Positions 39,373 to 54,606 of a stretch of DNA of 64,000 nucleotides are shown piece by piece. How positions within the stretch are numbered: the stretch's first letter is position 1; every line of letters starts with the position of its first letter. Under the pieces are notes generated by a model. The model searched no databases. It was not told where the DNA came from and saw only the letters and a program-made list of their open reading frames with translations. A program made the translations under genes and the position numbers. Source of the DNA: Actinomycetota bacterium (lineage in GTDB: Bacteria; Actinomycetota; Coriobacteriia; Anaerosomatales; SLCP01); contig JBBIIC010000004.1 in the NCBI GenBank assembly GCA_037446725.1, forward strand, positions 156,514 through 220,513, given 5' to 3'.

Positions 39373-40595
39373 CACGACCGCCCTGCAGTAGCCACCCCGT
39401 CTGGCAGCGCCGCGGGGGGCCGGTAGGCGGGGCACGTGAAATCGCGGTAGCCCGCCGATGCGACCGCCACGGCCACCATCCGGTCGACTTCCAGGTCCGT
39501 TTCGGCCGCCCGCACCTCGGCGACGGTCGCATGTGTTGCCGGTCGGCGCGGCATGAAGAGCGTGCAGCAGTCGACGTGGTCCTGGGTCGAGAGCTCGTAT
39601 GTCCCGATCGCGCGGGCCTCGGCGATTATCTCGAGCTTGTCGGTGCCGATCAGCGGGCGGAGCACGGGCAGCGACGCCGCCTCGTCGACTGCGGCGATGT
39701 TGTCGAGTGTCTGGGAGGCCACCTGACCGAGACTCTCGCCCGTGACAAGCGCCCGCGCGTCCTCGGCGGCCGCGATGCGCTCGGCGACCCGCACCATCAG
39801 CCGGCGGTAGAGCAGTACACGCAGGTCGGGAGGAGCGGCAAGAGATATCTCGCGCTGCAGGTCACCGAAGGGCACGACGTAGACGCGCCCGAGCCCGCCG
39901 TAGCGTGCAAGTGCGTTCCCGATCTCGAAGACGAGGCGCTCCGACGCATCCGTGGTCTGGGGCCTGCCCGAGAAATGGACGCCCACGGCCACCGCACCGC
40001 GCTTGATGAGCCGCCACGTCGCGACGGGCGAATCGATACCAGCGGAGAGCAACGACACCACAGTGCCCGCAGTGCCCACCGGGAGTCCGCCCACGCCCGG
40101 GAACTTGCGGCTGAAGATGTATGCCTCGCCCTGCACGACCTCGACGTGACACCTCACGTCCGGGTCCGAGAGGTCGACCGCAAGGCCGGTCTCATCCACG
40201 ATGTGCTGGCCGATCAAGCGGTTCATATCGAGCGATGAGATCGGGTGATCGGTGTTCGAGCGCCGCGCCTCGACGGCGAAGGTCCGAGCGTCGGGCACCT
40301 CGCGGACCGCGAGGAGCGCGGCCGCGTTCATGTCGCGGGCCTCGCGCGACGTGACGTAGGCCGCGGCCGCGTACGACACGCCCGGCGTCGCCGCCGCGCA
40401 GGCGCACGCCTCGTCAAGGAGCGCATGTTCGGAGACGCGCACGAGCAGGCGGCTGGAGACGCGCTCGACGCGCTCGGACGTCAGTCCGCCGACCGCGTGC
40501 GCAAGGTTGTCCTGCAGACGGCGCTCGAAGACAGAGCGGTTGCGGCCTTTCAGGCCGATCTCGTGGTAGTGGATGAGTGCGGCGCGCTCGAACAT
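39372..40595 (-). CDS. thiI: tRNA 4-thiouridine(8) synthase ThiI (THUMP + PP-loop)
   Basis: MFERAALIHYHEIGLKGRNR. PP-loop VVSLLSAGIDSPVATW. Confidence 0.9.
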   Translation of the reverse strand: MFERAALIHYHEIGLKGRNRSVFERRLQDNLAHAVGGLTSERVERVSSRLLVRVSEHALLDEACACAAATPGVSYAAAAYVTSREARDMNAAALLAVREVPDARTFAVEARRSNTDHPISSLDMNRLIGQHIVDETGLAVDLSDPDVRCHVEVVQGEAYIFSRKFPGVGGLPVGTAGTVVSLLSAGIDSPVATWRLIKRGAVAVGVHFSGRPQTTDASERLVFEIGNALARYGGLGRVYVVPFGDLQREISLAAPPDLRVLLYRRLMVRVAERIAAAEDARALVTGESLGQVASQTLDNIAAVDEAASLPVLRPLIGTDKLEIIAEARAIGTYELSTQDHVDCCTLFMPRRPATHATVAEVRAAETDLEVDRMVAVAVASAGYRDFTCPAYRPPAALPDGVATAGRS

Positions 40596-40605
40596 GGCGC
40601 GCCGG

Positions 40606-40857
40606 CTACTTGTAGCTGTCCTGGACCCGCTCGTAGCTGACGTCGCCGACTGCGATCTCCTCGAGCGCCTTGGTCAGCGGCTTGGTCTTGGTGAGCTCCG
40701 AGATCATCTGCGAGGAGTGCAGGGCGAGCAGCGCCTGGTCGCGTACGCCGTGCAGCATGTCGTTTATCTGCCGCGCCCGGCGGGCGGAGACGATGCACAG
40801 CGTGTACTTGGAGTCGACCTTGTCGAGCAACAGATCAATCTCGGGCTTGATGACCAT
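40606..40857 (-). CDS. rpoZ: DNA-directed RNA polymerase subunit omega
   Basis: IDLLLDKVDSKYTLCIVSARRARQIN. Confidence 0.9.
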   Translation of the reverse strand: MVIKPEIDLLLDKVDSKYTLCIVSARRARQINDMLHGVRDQALLALHSSQMISELTKTKPLTKALEEIAVGDVSYERVQDSYK

Positions 40858-40864
40858 GGGGGCT

Positions 40865-41470
40865 TCAGTCCTTCACCTCAGGCACGCGCGGGTGCGTGTG
40901 GGATTCGACGATGCATGCGAGCTCGTCCGTGGCCCGCGCGACGTCGTCATTAATTACCACATAGTCGTAGGTGCCCGCAATCTCCAGCTCCGCGACAGCG
41001 CGATGCAGTCGCCGCTCGATCTGGTCCGGCGTCTCGCTGCCCCGACGCTCGAGACGACGTCGGAGCTCTGAGAAGGACGGGGGTGCGATGAACACGAGTA
41101 CCGCCGAGGGCATGGCGCGTTTGACCTGCTCCGCCCCTTGCGGATCGATCTCGAGAATCACGGTCTGCCCGGCACGCGTCCGCTCCTCGATCGCCGCACG
41201 CAGCGTGCCGTAGCGGTTCCCGTGGACTTCAGCCCACTCGAGGAAGCCGCCTTCGGCCCTGACGCGCTCGAACTCCCCGGCCGAGAGGAAGACGTAGTGG
41301 ACGCCTTCTGACTCCCCTGGCCGAGGAGTGCGAGTGGTAGCGGAGACAGACAGCCAAATCGCGGGGTCACGCTCGAGCAGCTTCCGGACGAGCGTGCCCT
41401 TGCCCGCGCCTGACGGCCCGGACACGATAAACACCTCTCCGGGCCGGCCGCTCGGACCTGCCCGCTCCAC
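40865..41470 (-). CDS. gmk: guanylate kinase
   Basis: VSGPSGAGKGTL, RTPRPGESEGVHYVF, NRYGT. Confidence 0.95.
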   Translation of the reverse strand: MERAGPSGRPGEVFIVSGPSGAGKGTLVRKLLERDPAIWLSVSATTRTPRPGESEGVHYVFLSAGEFERVRAEGGFLEWAEVHGNRYGTLRAAIEERTRAGQTVILEIDPQGAEQVKRAMPSAVLVFIAPPSFSELRRRLERRGSETPDQIERRLHRAVAELEIAGTYDYVVINDDVARATDELACIVESHTHPRVPEVKD

Positions 41471-41499
41471 GGATGATCGTCCGTTCGGCAGAGCAGCGA

Positions 41500-41808
41500 T
41501 CAGCCGAGCTTCTCCATGAGGGCCTCACGCTGGCGGGCGCCAAGGCCCTGGATGCGGCGGCTCTCAGAGATCTGCAGCTCGTCCATGATCTTGGCGGCCT
41601 TGGCCTTGCCGTAGCCCGGCAGGCTTTCGAGCAGGGTGGAGACCTTCATCCGGGCGACGATTGGATCGTCCGTCTTCGCCATCACCTGAGCGAAGGACAT
41701 GTCGCCGCTCTTGATCTTCGCACGAAGCTCGGCGCGCTTCTGGCGGGCCTCTGCGGCCTTCTTGAGCGCAGCCTGCCGATCCGCGTCGGAAAGGTTCGGA
41801 AGTGCCAT
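41500..41808 (-). CDS. mihF: actinobacterial integration host factor mIHF
   Basis: MALPNLSDADRQAALKKAAEARQKRAELRAKIKSG..LLESLPGYGKAKAAKIMDEL. It sits in the classical position upstream of gmk-rpoZ. Confidence 0.9.
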   Translation of the reverse strand: MALPNLSDADRQAALKKAAEARQKRAELRAKIKSGDMSFAQVMAKTDDPIVARMKVSTLLESLPGYGKAKAAKIMDELQISESRRIQGLGARQREALMEKLG

Positions 41809-41853
41809 GGTTCCTCCTCGTCCTCAGTGACGGAGCTTGCTCGACGCCTCACG

Positions 41854-41883
41854 ATTGTATGCACAAGCGTGAGTCCCTTACAA
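41854..41883 (-). promoter_or_regulatory. candidate promoter of mihF
   Basis: Minus strand reads TTGTAA-18 nt-TACAAT, about 45 nt upstream of the mihF ATG. Confidence 0.45.
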
Positions 41884-41937
41884 CCGTCTTGCAGCAATAG
41901 ATGTTACGCCTGACCTGCGAGGATGCCAAGCATTGCT

Positions 41938-42534
41938 TCAGAGCCGACGGCTCCCGGGTGAATCGAGTGGGACCGAAGACCTGCAATGGACACACTCAGA
42001 TGGCTCCCACGACTCGACCTCGAGTCTCAAGAGAGGGAGGAGCTCGTCGGTGAATGCCTTGGGGCCGCCGCGATCGATGATAGACACGACCGCACCGACT
42101 TCAGCACCCGCCTCACGCACCAGTTCGGCCACTTCGGCCACGGATCCACCCGTTGTGACCACGTCTTCTACGATCAGCACCCTCGATCCGGGGGGTACCC
42201 GGAACGAGCGACGGAAGGCCATCCGTCCCTCCGCGCGTTCGCTGAATATGAACTTGAGGCCGAGGGCCTGTGCCACAGCGAATCCGATAATGATTCCACC
42301 AACGGCAGGTGAGGCCACCAGGTCGCATGTCCGCCCCTCAAGGCGTTCCGCAGCGGTGGCCGCGAGCCGCGTCGTCAGTTCGGTGTCCTCGAGGATTCGG
42401 GCACACTGGACGTAGGTACCCGAGTGCCGCCCGCTGGTCAGCTGGAAGTGGCCGTGCAGGATCGCACCCGCCTCCTCGAGGGCCGCGCGCACCTCGTCCT
42501 CGGTCATCGGCGTGATCTCGCTCATCTCGCTCAC
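41938..42534 (-). CDS. pyrE: orotate phosphoribosyltransferase
   Basis: HFQLTSGRHSGTYVQC. PRPP loop VLIVEDVVTTGGS. Confidence 0.9.
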   Translation of the reverse strand: MSEMSEITPMTEDEVRAALEEAGAILHGHFQLTSGRHSGTYVQCARILEDTELTTRLAATAAERLEGRTCDLVASPAVGGIIIGFAVAQALGLKFIFSERAEGRMAFRRSFRVPPGSRVLIVEDVVTTGGSVAEVAELVREAGAEVGAVVSIIDRGGPKAFTDELLPLLRLEVESWEPSECVHCRSSVPLDSPGSRRL

Positions 42535-43262
42535 CCTTCCCTGACGATGCGTTCGAGGGCGGCGACCGGGTCGACCGCTTCAGTGATAGGCCGCCCGATG
42601 ACGAGATGCGATGCGCCGGCGGCCAGCGCGCTCGAAGGGGTCGCGATCCGGGCCTGATCGTCCGCAGCCGACCAGGCGGGGCGAATACCCGGTGTAACGA
42701 CGAGCGACTCCGGCCCGAGCGCCGTACGGGCTGCGGCAGCTTCGTGCGGTGAGCACACCACACCCTGCACTCCCGCTTCGCGCGCGAGCCGCGTGAGGGC
42801 GTCGACCTGTGCAGCAGGGCTGTGCGTGACGCCGACTTCAACGAGCGCGCTCTCATCCAGGCTCGTCAGCACGGTTACCGCAAGCACGTCCGGCGTATCC
42901 GCACCGCACTCGGCGCTGCCCTCGCAGGCACCCTGCACCGCTGCCTCCATCATGGCTCGCCCGCCCGAGGCGTGCACCGTGAACATGCTCGCACCCCCGC
43001 TGGCAAGCTGCCAGGCCGCGCCTTCGACCTGGTGTGGGATGTCGTGGAGCTTCAGGTCGACGAAGACCGAGAAGCCCATGTCGACCAGACGGGCAACGAT
43101 ACCGGCGCCCTCCGCGTAGTAGAGGGTCATGCCGACCTTGAGGTGATCGACACGCCCGCGCAACGTCCGCGCGAACGAGAGGGCGGTGTGGGCATCAGTG
43201 TCGAGCGCGACGATAATCGCGCGCCTGAGCCGGTCCTGGTCGATATGCGATGCGTCCGTCAC
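42531..43262 (-). CDS. pyrF: orotidine 5'-phosphate decarboxylase
   Basis: IIVALD..VFVDLKLHDIPHQV..LVIGRPIT. GTG start at 43262. The 418 aa track ORF is an over-extension into the upstream gene. Confidence 0.9.
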   Translation of the reverse strand: MTDASHIDQDRLRRAIIVALDTDAHTALSFARTLRGRVDHLKVGMTLYYAEGAGIVARLVDMGFSVFVDLKLHDIPHQVEGAAWQLASGGASMFTVHASGGRAMMEAAVQGACEGSAECGADTPDVLAVTVLTSLDESALVEVGVTHSPAAQVDALTRLAREAGVQGVVCSPHEAAAARTALGPESLVVTPGIRPAWSAADDQARIATPSSALAAGASHLVIGRPITEAVDPVAALERIVREG

Positions 43263-43269
43263 GGCCTGA

Positions 43270-44565
43270 TCACTTCTCCCCGTCTCTCCACGCGCCCGTC
43301 CATGCCGCCTCCCACTCCCCCATCTCACCGGCAAGGTGCAAGAGGAGGTCGCGCGAGCGCGCCCTGTCGGCCTCATACTCGGTCGCAAGCACGAGCCACC
43401 CGCCGTCCCGATGGTACACCGGCGCCGAGGTCGAATCCGGTGGAATACCCCACAGCTCGACGATTTCCTTCCCTGACGACCAGCGCACGAGCCTGCCGCC
43501 CGACTCGAGGAGCACGCCGTCGGATGCGCTTCGGTGGACTCCCGCCGCGCGTAGCCCGGCGCCTGGCCCCTCCTCCGCGCCGAGCAACTCCTGCGCGGGG
43601 CGGGCCGTGCCGCCAGGCACGAGCCCGAGCACGGCCGGTTCGAGCGAGGACGGCGACCCGGCGAGCGTGTCCTCACCGGGTTCGACCCACAGCAGCAGGT
43701 CGCGCCCCTCGTCCCACACCGGTGCCGGGCCGGATTCGGGGGTGACCTGCTGGGTCGCCGTCGTGACAACTCGTGCTTCTGACGCATCGACCACGAAGAG
43801 CCGGCGGGTGATCAGCCCATTCCCTTCCACGGGTTCGCTCGGAATCATCTCGGCGAGCGCGAAATAGCGCCCCGAGGCCGACCATCCGACCGGATCGAAT
43901 GTCGAGACGTCCGCCGGCAACGCCACCGTGCTGTCCGCGGCCGGATCAGCCGTCGTCTCGATTACTAGAGTTGCCGGGTGCGCGCCACGCCTGGGGTCGA
44001 CGATCGCCGTCGCCGACCATGCGTCGGGGCCCGGCCAGCGCGCCCACGCGGGTTCCGGGGGCAGGGCCTCCGAAGGTGCGTCGGTATCGAGCTGCCACGC
44101 CAACAGCGACTCGGGCACGCTGTCGAATGCGCCACCCGCCGACACGAGGACCGCTCCCCACTCGCCGTCGAGACGCTCGGTCAGCTCCTGCTGGGAGACG
44201 GGGACGAGCCACGCGACCGCGGCAAACCGTTCGACAGCGGCAAGCCGGTATCCGGACGCCGCACGTACCCGCCCGCTCTGCCGGTCCCACGCGAGGATCT
44301 CTGGCGTGCCATCCGCACCGATCACCTGTGCCACGCCGTAGCGGCCCTCCCCGCTCCATGCCACGCGATGCGACGACTCGACCCACCTGGAGTACTCGAC
44401 GCGAGAGTCCGCGACGAACACCCGGCCCGCGATGAAGGCCGAGACGGCGCAGGGACATGCTATGAGGAATGCGATCACCACAGCTCCGGCAACCAGCGAT
44501 GTGCTCACGCGACGCGTGCCACCGGCTTCCGGTTCAGCAGTCGTGTCCGGCTCGAACGCGGTCAC
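43270..44565 (-). CDS. hypothetical membrane-anchored protein (431 aa) embedded in the pyr operon
   Basis: The GTG at 44565 overlaps the pyrD stop as GTGA. One N-terminal TM helix ([24 protein letters not shown]). The Trp/Gly-rich extracytoplasmic part has PD40-like strings ([22 protein letters not shown]). I recognise no family. Confidence 0.65.
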   Translation of the reverse strand: MTAFEPDTTAEPEAGGTRRVSTSLVAGAVVIAFLIACPCAVSAFIAGRVFVADSRVEYSRWVESSHRVAWSGEGRYGVAQVIGADGTPEILAWDRQSGRVRAASGYRLAAVERFAAVAWLVPVSQQELTERLDGEWGAVLVSAGGAFDSVPESLLAWQLDTDAPSEALPPEPAWARWPGPDAWSATAIVDPRRGAHPATLVIETTADPAADSTVALPADVSTFDPVGWSASGRYFALAEMIPSEPVEGNGLITRRLFVVDASEARVVTTATQQVTPESGPAPVWDEGRDLLLWVEPGEDTLAGSPSSLEPAVLGLVPGGTARPAQELLGAEEGPGAGLRAAGVHRSASDGVLLESGGRLVRWSSGKEIVELWGIPPDSTSAPVYHRDGGWLVLATEYEADRARSRDLLLHLAGEMGEWEAAWTGAWRDGEK

Positions 44566-45494
44566 GTGCGCAGGGCGCCGGTCAGCTCGGCGACGCGCGG
44601 GATGCTGCGGGCGCGGCAGAACTCGGCGAGACCGTCGGTTATCCGGATGGCCGATGTGGGATCGACGAAGTTGGCGGTTCCGACGGACACCGCAGTCGCC
44701 CCCGCGAGCATGAACTCGACAGCGTCTTCGGCGTCCGCGATACCCCCCATGCCGATGACGGGGACGTCGACCGCGTTCGCTACCTGCCAGACCATGCGCA
44801 GCGCGACCGGCTTGACGGCAGGGCCGGACAGGCCACCGACGATGCGTGCGAGCCGCGGACGGAACGTCCGGGCATCGATGGCCATCCCGAGCAGGGTGTT
44901 GATCAGCGAGACCGCGTCGGCGCCGGCCGACTCGACGGCACGCGCGATCTCGGTGATGTTGGTGACGTTGGGCGACAGCTTCACGATCAGGGGGCGTGAG
45001 GTCGCAGACCGGCACGCACGGGTCACCCGCTCGGCCGGTGCACAGGCAGTCCCGAACGCCATCCCCCCCGCATCCACGTTCGGGCACGAGATGTTGATTT
45101 CGTACGCCGAGATGCCCGGTTCGCGCTCGAGCCGCTCGATGACCGCCGCGTACTCATCGGCCGAGTGGCCGGAGACGTTGACGATGACGGGCACTTCAAT
45201 CTCGGCGAGCCACACCAGGTCCGTGGCACAGAACGCCTCGACGCCGGGGTTCTGCAGGCCGATCGAGTTCAGCATCCCACTCGCCGTCTCGGCGATGCGG
45301 GGGCCCCGGTTTCCCTCCCAGGGCTCGAGGGAGACGCCCTTGGTGACCACGGCGCCGAGGCGCTCAAGGTCGATGAAGTCGGCGAACTCGCGGCCGCTCG
45401 CGAAGGTGCCCGACGCGGTGAGGACCGGCGAGCGGAGCCGCAGTCCGGCCAGTGTGACGCTCATGTCGACGCTCTGAGTCACGCGCTCACTCAC
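44562..45494 (-). CDS. pyrD: dihydroorotate dehydrogenase, class 1B catalytic subunit
   Basis: [39 protein letters not shown]. Confidence 0.95.
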   Translation of the reverse strand: MSERVTQSVDMSVTLAGLRLRSPVLTASGTFASGREFADFIDLERLGAVVTKGVSLEPWEGNRGPRIAETASGMLNSIGLQNPGVEAFCATDLVWLAEIEVPVIVNVSGHSADEYAAVIERLEREPGISAYEINISCPNVDAGGMAFGTACAPAERVTRACRSATSRPLIVKLSPNVTNITEIARAVESAGADAVSLINTLLGMAIDARTFRPRLARIVGGLSGPAVKPVALRMVWQVANAVDVPVIGMGGIADAEDAVEFMLAGATAVSVGTANFVDPTSAIRITDGLAEFCRARSIPRVAELTGALRT

Positions 45495-45508
45495 TCTCTA
45501 CTTCGACT

Positions 45509-46341
45509 CTAACTTGAGTGTTCTGGCACCCGTTCCGCCGACTCCCAGACAACCGAGGCTGCATCGAAAACCGGACCGTCTACACAGGCGCGCATGAGGC
45601 CGTCGGTCGTCGGTACGACGCACGAGAGGCACGCTCCGATCCCACAGGCCATGAGCCGCTCCAGCGACACCTGACACGATATCCCCGCCGCCGCTGCCTG
45701 AGCTGCGACGATACGCTGCATCGGCTCCGGGCCGCACGTGTAGACGACGTCGAGTGCCTCGTCATCGAGCAGGGACTCGCACACACCCGTGACAAGGCCG
45801 GTCGTACCGCATGACCCGTCGTCGGTGGCGAGCTCGACCCGGCGGGCAACCTCCTCGAACAGCTCCCGAGCGAGCAGCCGCTTCTCGCTCGGCGCGCCGG
45901 CGGCGACGGTAACCGCGACTCCGCGCCGCGCGAGCTCCTCCGCGAGCATGCCGAGCGGTGCTGCACCGAGTCCGCCCGCGACGAGCAGCGCGTGAGCAGC
46001 TCCCTCAGGGATCTCCCAGCCGTGGCCGAGCGGCCCCACGAGGTCCATCACCGTTCCCGGCCCGGCCTCTGCGAGAGCGCGCGTGCCCACACCGACGACC
46101 TGGTAGAGGATCTCGATGCGTCCTCCGCGCACGCGGTGCACCGAGAAGGGGCGTCGCAGGATGAACGAGGTGCCCTCGGCGATGCGTATGTGCACGAACT
46201 GACCGGGAAGCACCTCGGCTGCGGTCCGCGGAGCTTCGAAGACCACGAGCCCGACGCCGGTGGCGACCTGCTCGTTAGCGACGACGGTCACGCGTTCGAG
46301 CGCCGGCGACACCGCATGATGCGAGCAGGCACAGCCGCCCA

Positions 46342-46342
<1 letters not shown>
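45509..46342 (-). CDS. pyrK: dihydroorotate dehydrogenase electron-transfer subunit (FAD, 2Fe-2S)
   Basis: RRPFSV (FAD site). C-terminal cluster MACGIGACLSCVV. The ATG at 46342 overlaps the carB stop. The track ORF to 47278 is an over-extension. Confidence 0.9.
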
Positions 46343-49569
<3,227 letters not shown>

Positions 49570-49588
49570 GCGTGCTCCTTCTCGTTGG

Positions 49589-50437
49589 CTAGTGGACTAT
49601 CAGCACCGGACACGACGCCTGGCGCACGAGCGTGAGCGAGACGCTGCCGAGCAGGGCATCGGTGAGCGGTCCGCGGCCACGCGTGCCCGCCACCACGCCC
49701 GTGGCACGGCGCTCGTCTATCTCGCGCAGAGCGACGCGGCTGGGTTCTCCCTGACGGATCACGGGTCGCGCCACGATACCCTTCTGCGCGGCCATGTCGG
49801 CCATGTTGCGCAGCTGGAACTCCGCGCCCGTCTCGGCCTTGCGCAGCTGCTCGCCGCCGAGCGAGGGATCGAGCGCGTGGACGATGAACAACGTGCCGAC
49901 ACCGCCCCGGGGCAGATCGAGGATGGTCATCAGCGCACGCGTCGAGGCTGCCGAGAAGTCCGTGGTCAGCACGAGGGTACGGCCGAAGGAGCGCAGAAGG
50001 TCGGCAGGTTCATCGACCGTCGCGAGCAGGCTGAACCGCACCATCATCGAGGGCACGTCCGCGTTGGCGATGACCTCCTCGGACACCGAGCCCGCAATGA
50101 GCCGCTCCACAGTCCCTTTGCCGTGCGAGCCGCAGACGATGGCGTCGACGTTTGCATCGGCTGCTAGCCCGAGGATACCCTCCGAAGGGTCTCCGCCGGC
50201 CGCGATCCGGACCTCGACGTCGAGTCCGGCGTCGATGAGAGGTCCCGCCGCGCCGCGTACCGCGTCGCGCGCCCGGTCCATCTCGGCAGCGATGACCGGG
50301 CCTTCCATGCCGGAGGCATCGACGACATTGCCGAGCACGACCCGCCTGACGCCTAGTGCGCCGAGCCCGGCCGCGAAGCGCAGGACGAGCCGGGACTCGT
50401 CAGTGAAGTCAGCCGGCAGGAGCACGCTTCGGATCAC
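49589..50437 (-). CDS. tandem universal stress protein (two UspA domains)
   Basis: GTG at 50437 after GGAAGGA. Two ATP-loop motifs: [20 protein letters not shown] and [21 protein letters not shown]. Located between carA and carB. Confidence 0.85.
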   Translation of the reverse strand: MIRSVLLPADFTDESRLVLRFAAGLGALGVRRVVLGNVVDASGMEGPVIAAEMDRARDAVRGAAGPLIDAGLDVEVRIAAGGDPSEGILGLAADANVDAIVCGSHGKGTVERLIAGSVSEEVIANADVPSMMVRFSLLATVDEPADLLRSFGRTLVLTTDFSAASTRALMTILDLPRGGVGTLFIVHALDPSLGGEQLRKAETGAEFQLRNMADMAAQKGIVARPVIRQGEPSRVALREIDERRATGVVAGTRGRGPLTDALLGSVSLTLVRQASCPVLIVH

Positions 50438-50448
50438 GGTAGTCCTTC

Positions 50449-51702
<1,254 letters not shown>

Positions 51703-53004
51703 TCAGTCGACCACCTTTCCGTTCTTCAGCGCGAAGCGGCCTTCGACGAGCACGTCGGTCGCTTTTCCGAGCAGTGTGGCCCCAAGGAACGCCGAGTTCG
51801 ACGACTTCGACGCGAACCAGTCGGGTGTGACCTCGACCCGCGCTTCGGGGTCGATGACGGTGAGGTCAGCGACGGCCCCCGGCTCGAGGCGCACTTCAGG
51901 CAGTTTGAACGCGGTGCGCGGGGCGATCGCCATCACGCGCACGAGGTCCGCCCACTCCATGCGGCCCGGTTGCACGAGATGCGTGATGACGAGCGAAACT
52001 GCGGTCTCCAGCCCCGTCGTGCCGAAAGGCGCCAACTCGAACTCGAGCTCCTTCTCGTGGCGCGCGTGCGGGGCGTGGTCGGTGGCGATGCAGTCGACGG
52101 TCCCGTCGAGCAGCGCCTCGACGAGCGCCTCACGGTCCTCGGCGGTACGCAGCGGCGGGTTCATTTTGAGGTTCGTGTCGTAGGTGCGGTCGAGAGCTTC
52201 CTCGTCGAGGAACAGGTGGTGTGGCGTGACCTCGGCGGTGACCGCCAGACCTGCGGCCTTCGCCTCGCGCACGAGCGCCACCGAGCCCGCGGTCGAGAGG
52301 TGCGCAAGGTGCAGCCGGCACCCGGTGAGCTCAGCGATGCGTATGTCGCGGGCGACCGCGATCTCCTCGGCGGCGGCCGACCAGCCCGAAAGCCCGAGGC
52401 GCGTCGAGACGACGCCCTCGTTCACGACGCCGCCCGCAGCAAGCGACTCGTCCTCGCAGTGACTCACGATGACGGTGTCGAACGCTTTCGCATAGTCCAT
52501 CACGCGGCGCATCATGCCGGAGTCCTGCACGCCGCGCCCGTCGTCGGAGAACGCCACCGCGCCCTCGGCCACCATGTCGCCGATCTCGGCGATCGCCTCG
52601 CCCTTCTGACCCGCGGTGAGCGCGCCTACGGGGTGCACGCGCACCACGCCGGTCTCCTCGGCGCGCTCCACGAGGAAGCGGACCTTCGAACCCGTGTCGC
52701 AGATGGGGTTGGTGTTGGGCATCGCGCAGACCGCTGTGAAGCCCCCGTGGGCAGCTGCCCGCGTGCCGCTGGCGACCGTCTCCTTGTCCTCGCGGCCCGG
52801 CTCGCGCAGGTGCGTGTGCAGGTCCACGAGCCCGGGCACGACGATCTTCTCGGCGCACTCGATGGTGGCGCCCTTCGGGATCGTGAGGTCCTCGCCGATC
52901 TCGACGATGCGGCCGTCACGGACGATCATGTCGGCGACCTCGTCGCGGCCCGTGGCGGGGTCGACCAGGCGGCCGTTCCTAAGCAGCAGCGCCACCGCTC
53001 TCAC
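51703..53004 (-). CDS. pyrC: dihydroorotase
   Basis: PGLVDLHTHLREPG, HCED, DHAPH. The start is uncertain by a few codons because it overlaps the pyrB end. Confidence 0.95.
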   Translation of the reverse strand: MRAVALLLRNGRLVDPATGRDEVADMIVRDGRIVEIGEDLTIPKGATIECAEKIVVPGLVDLHTHLREPGREDKETVASGTRAAAHGGFTAVCAMPNTNPICDTGSKVRFLVERAEETGVVRVHPVGALTAGQKGEAIAEIGDMVAEGAVAFSDDGRGVQDSGMMRRVMDYAKAFDTVIVSHCEDESLAAGGVVNEGVVSTRLGLSGWSAAAEEIAVARDIRIAELTGCRLHLAHLSTAGSVALVREAKAAGLAVTAEVTPHHLFLDEEALDRTYDTNLKMNPPLRTAEDREALVEALLDGTVDCIATDHAPHARHEKELEFELAPFGTTGLETAVSLVITHLVQPGRMEWADLVRVMAIAPRTAFKLPEVRLEPGAVADLTVIDPEARVEVTPDWFASKSSNSAFLGATLLGKATDVLVEGRFALKNGKVVD

Positions 53005-53919
53005 CTCCCAGGAGCAGGTACATCACGGCCATGCGCACGGCGACACCGGCATTGACCTGGTCGAGCACGATCGCGCGCGGCGAATCAGCCACCGCCGAGG
53101 TGACCTCCACGCCGCGGTTCATCGGCCCGGGGTGCATGACGAGCATCTCGGGCTTGGCCGCGGCAAGGCGCGTCTCGTTCATGCCGTAGAACCGCGCGTA
53201 CTCGCGGATCGACGGGAACGGCATCCCTTCGGCACGCTCCATCTGAATGCGCAGCATGTAGGCGATGTCGAGTGAGGGCAGCACTTCGTCGAGCGACGTC
53301 GCGACCTCGGCGCCGAGCACGTCGGGCCGGGCAGGCAGGAGCGTGGGCGGCGCGATGATGACCGGCTTGGCGCCCACCTTGTTGAGCGCTGGTACGAGCG
53401 AGCCGGCGACACGGCTGTGGCAGATGTCGCCCACGATCCCCACGGTGAGGCCCTCGAGACGTCCCGCGTGCTGCCGGATCGTGAACAGGTCGAGCAGCGC
53501 CTGCGTGGGGTGCTGGTTCTTGCCGTCACCGCCGTTGACCACGTGCGCGTCCATGCACTCGGCGAGCACTTGGGGCGCACCCGCGTACTTGTGGCGCACG
53601 ACGATCAGATCGCACGCCATCGCTGAGAGCGTCTTGGCGGTGTCGCGCAGGCTCTCGCCCTTCACCGTCGCCGAAGCCGATGCGGTCATGTTGACGCCAT
53701 CGGCCGAGAGACGCTTGGCGGCGATCTCGAAGGACATCCGCGTGCGGGTGGAGGGTTCGAGGAAGAGGTTCACGATCGTGCGGCCGCGAAGCGTGGGGAG
53801 CTTCTTGATGCGGCGCTCGTTGACCTCCTTGAACGACTCGGCGGTGTCGAGGATCGTCGTGATGTCCTCGGGGCTCACGTCGTCCATCGTCATGATGTGC
53901 CGGCAGGAAAGCGAGCTCA

Positions 53920-53920
<1 letters not shown>
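52979..53920 (-). CDS. pyrB: aspartate carbamoyltransferase catalytic subunit
   Basis: EPSTRTRMSFE, KNQHPTQALLD, HPGPMNRGVE. Confidence 0.95.
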
Positions 53921-54498
<578 letters not shown>

Positions 54499-54522
54499 TC
54501 AAGCCCGCGTCCAGCCGATCCC

Positions 54523-54560
54523 GGAGACGAAAACGCCTCCTCGCCAGGCGGCAAGAAGGC
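54523..54560 (-). terminator. attenuator terminator in the pyrR leader
   Basis: Minus-strand RNA GCCUUCUUGCC-GCCU-GGCGAGGAGGC (11 bp stem including two G-U pairs) followed by GUUUUCGUCUCC. It lies about 50 nt downstream of the PyrR-binding hairpin and upstream of pyrR. Confidence 0.6.
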
Positions 54561-54606
54561 ACATGCAGCGTCGGCACCGCTTCTCGCGGACCGGACCGTC
54601 GCTGTG

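Noticed and set aside
43270-45087. Very long N-terminal extensions of track ORFs (43270..45087, 42531..43787, 45509..47278, 49589..50686, 4762..5922, 3753..4601, 56802..59741)
   Set aside because: The extensions overlap the preceding well-defined gene or the T-box leader and are Arg/Pro-rich. Internal GTG/ATG starts with SD sequences or stop-start overlaps give normal-length proteins.
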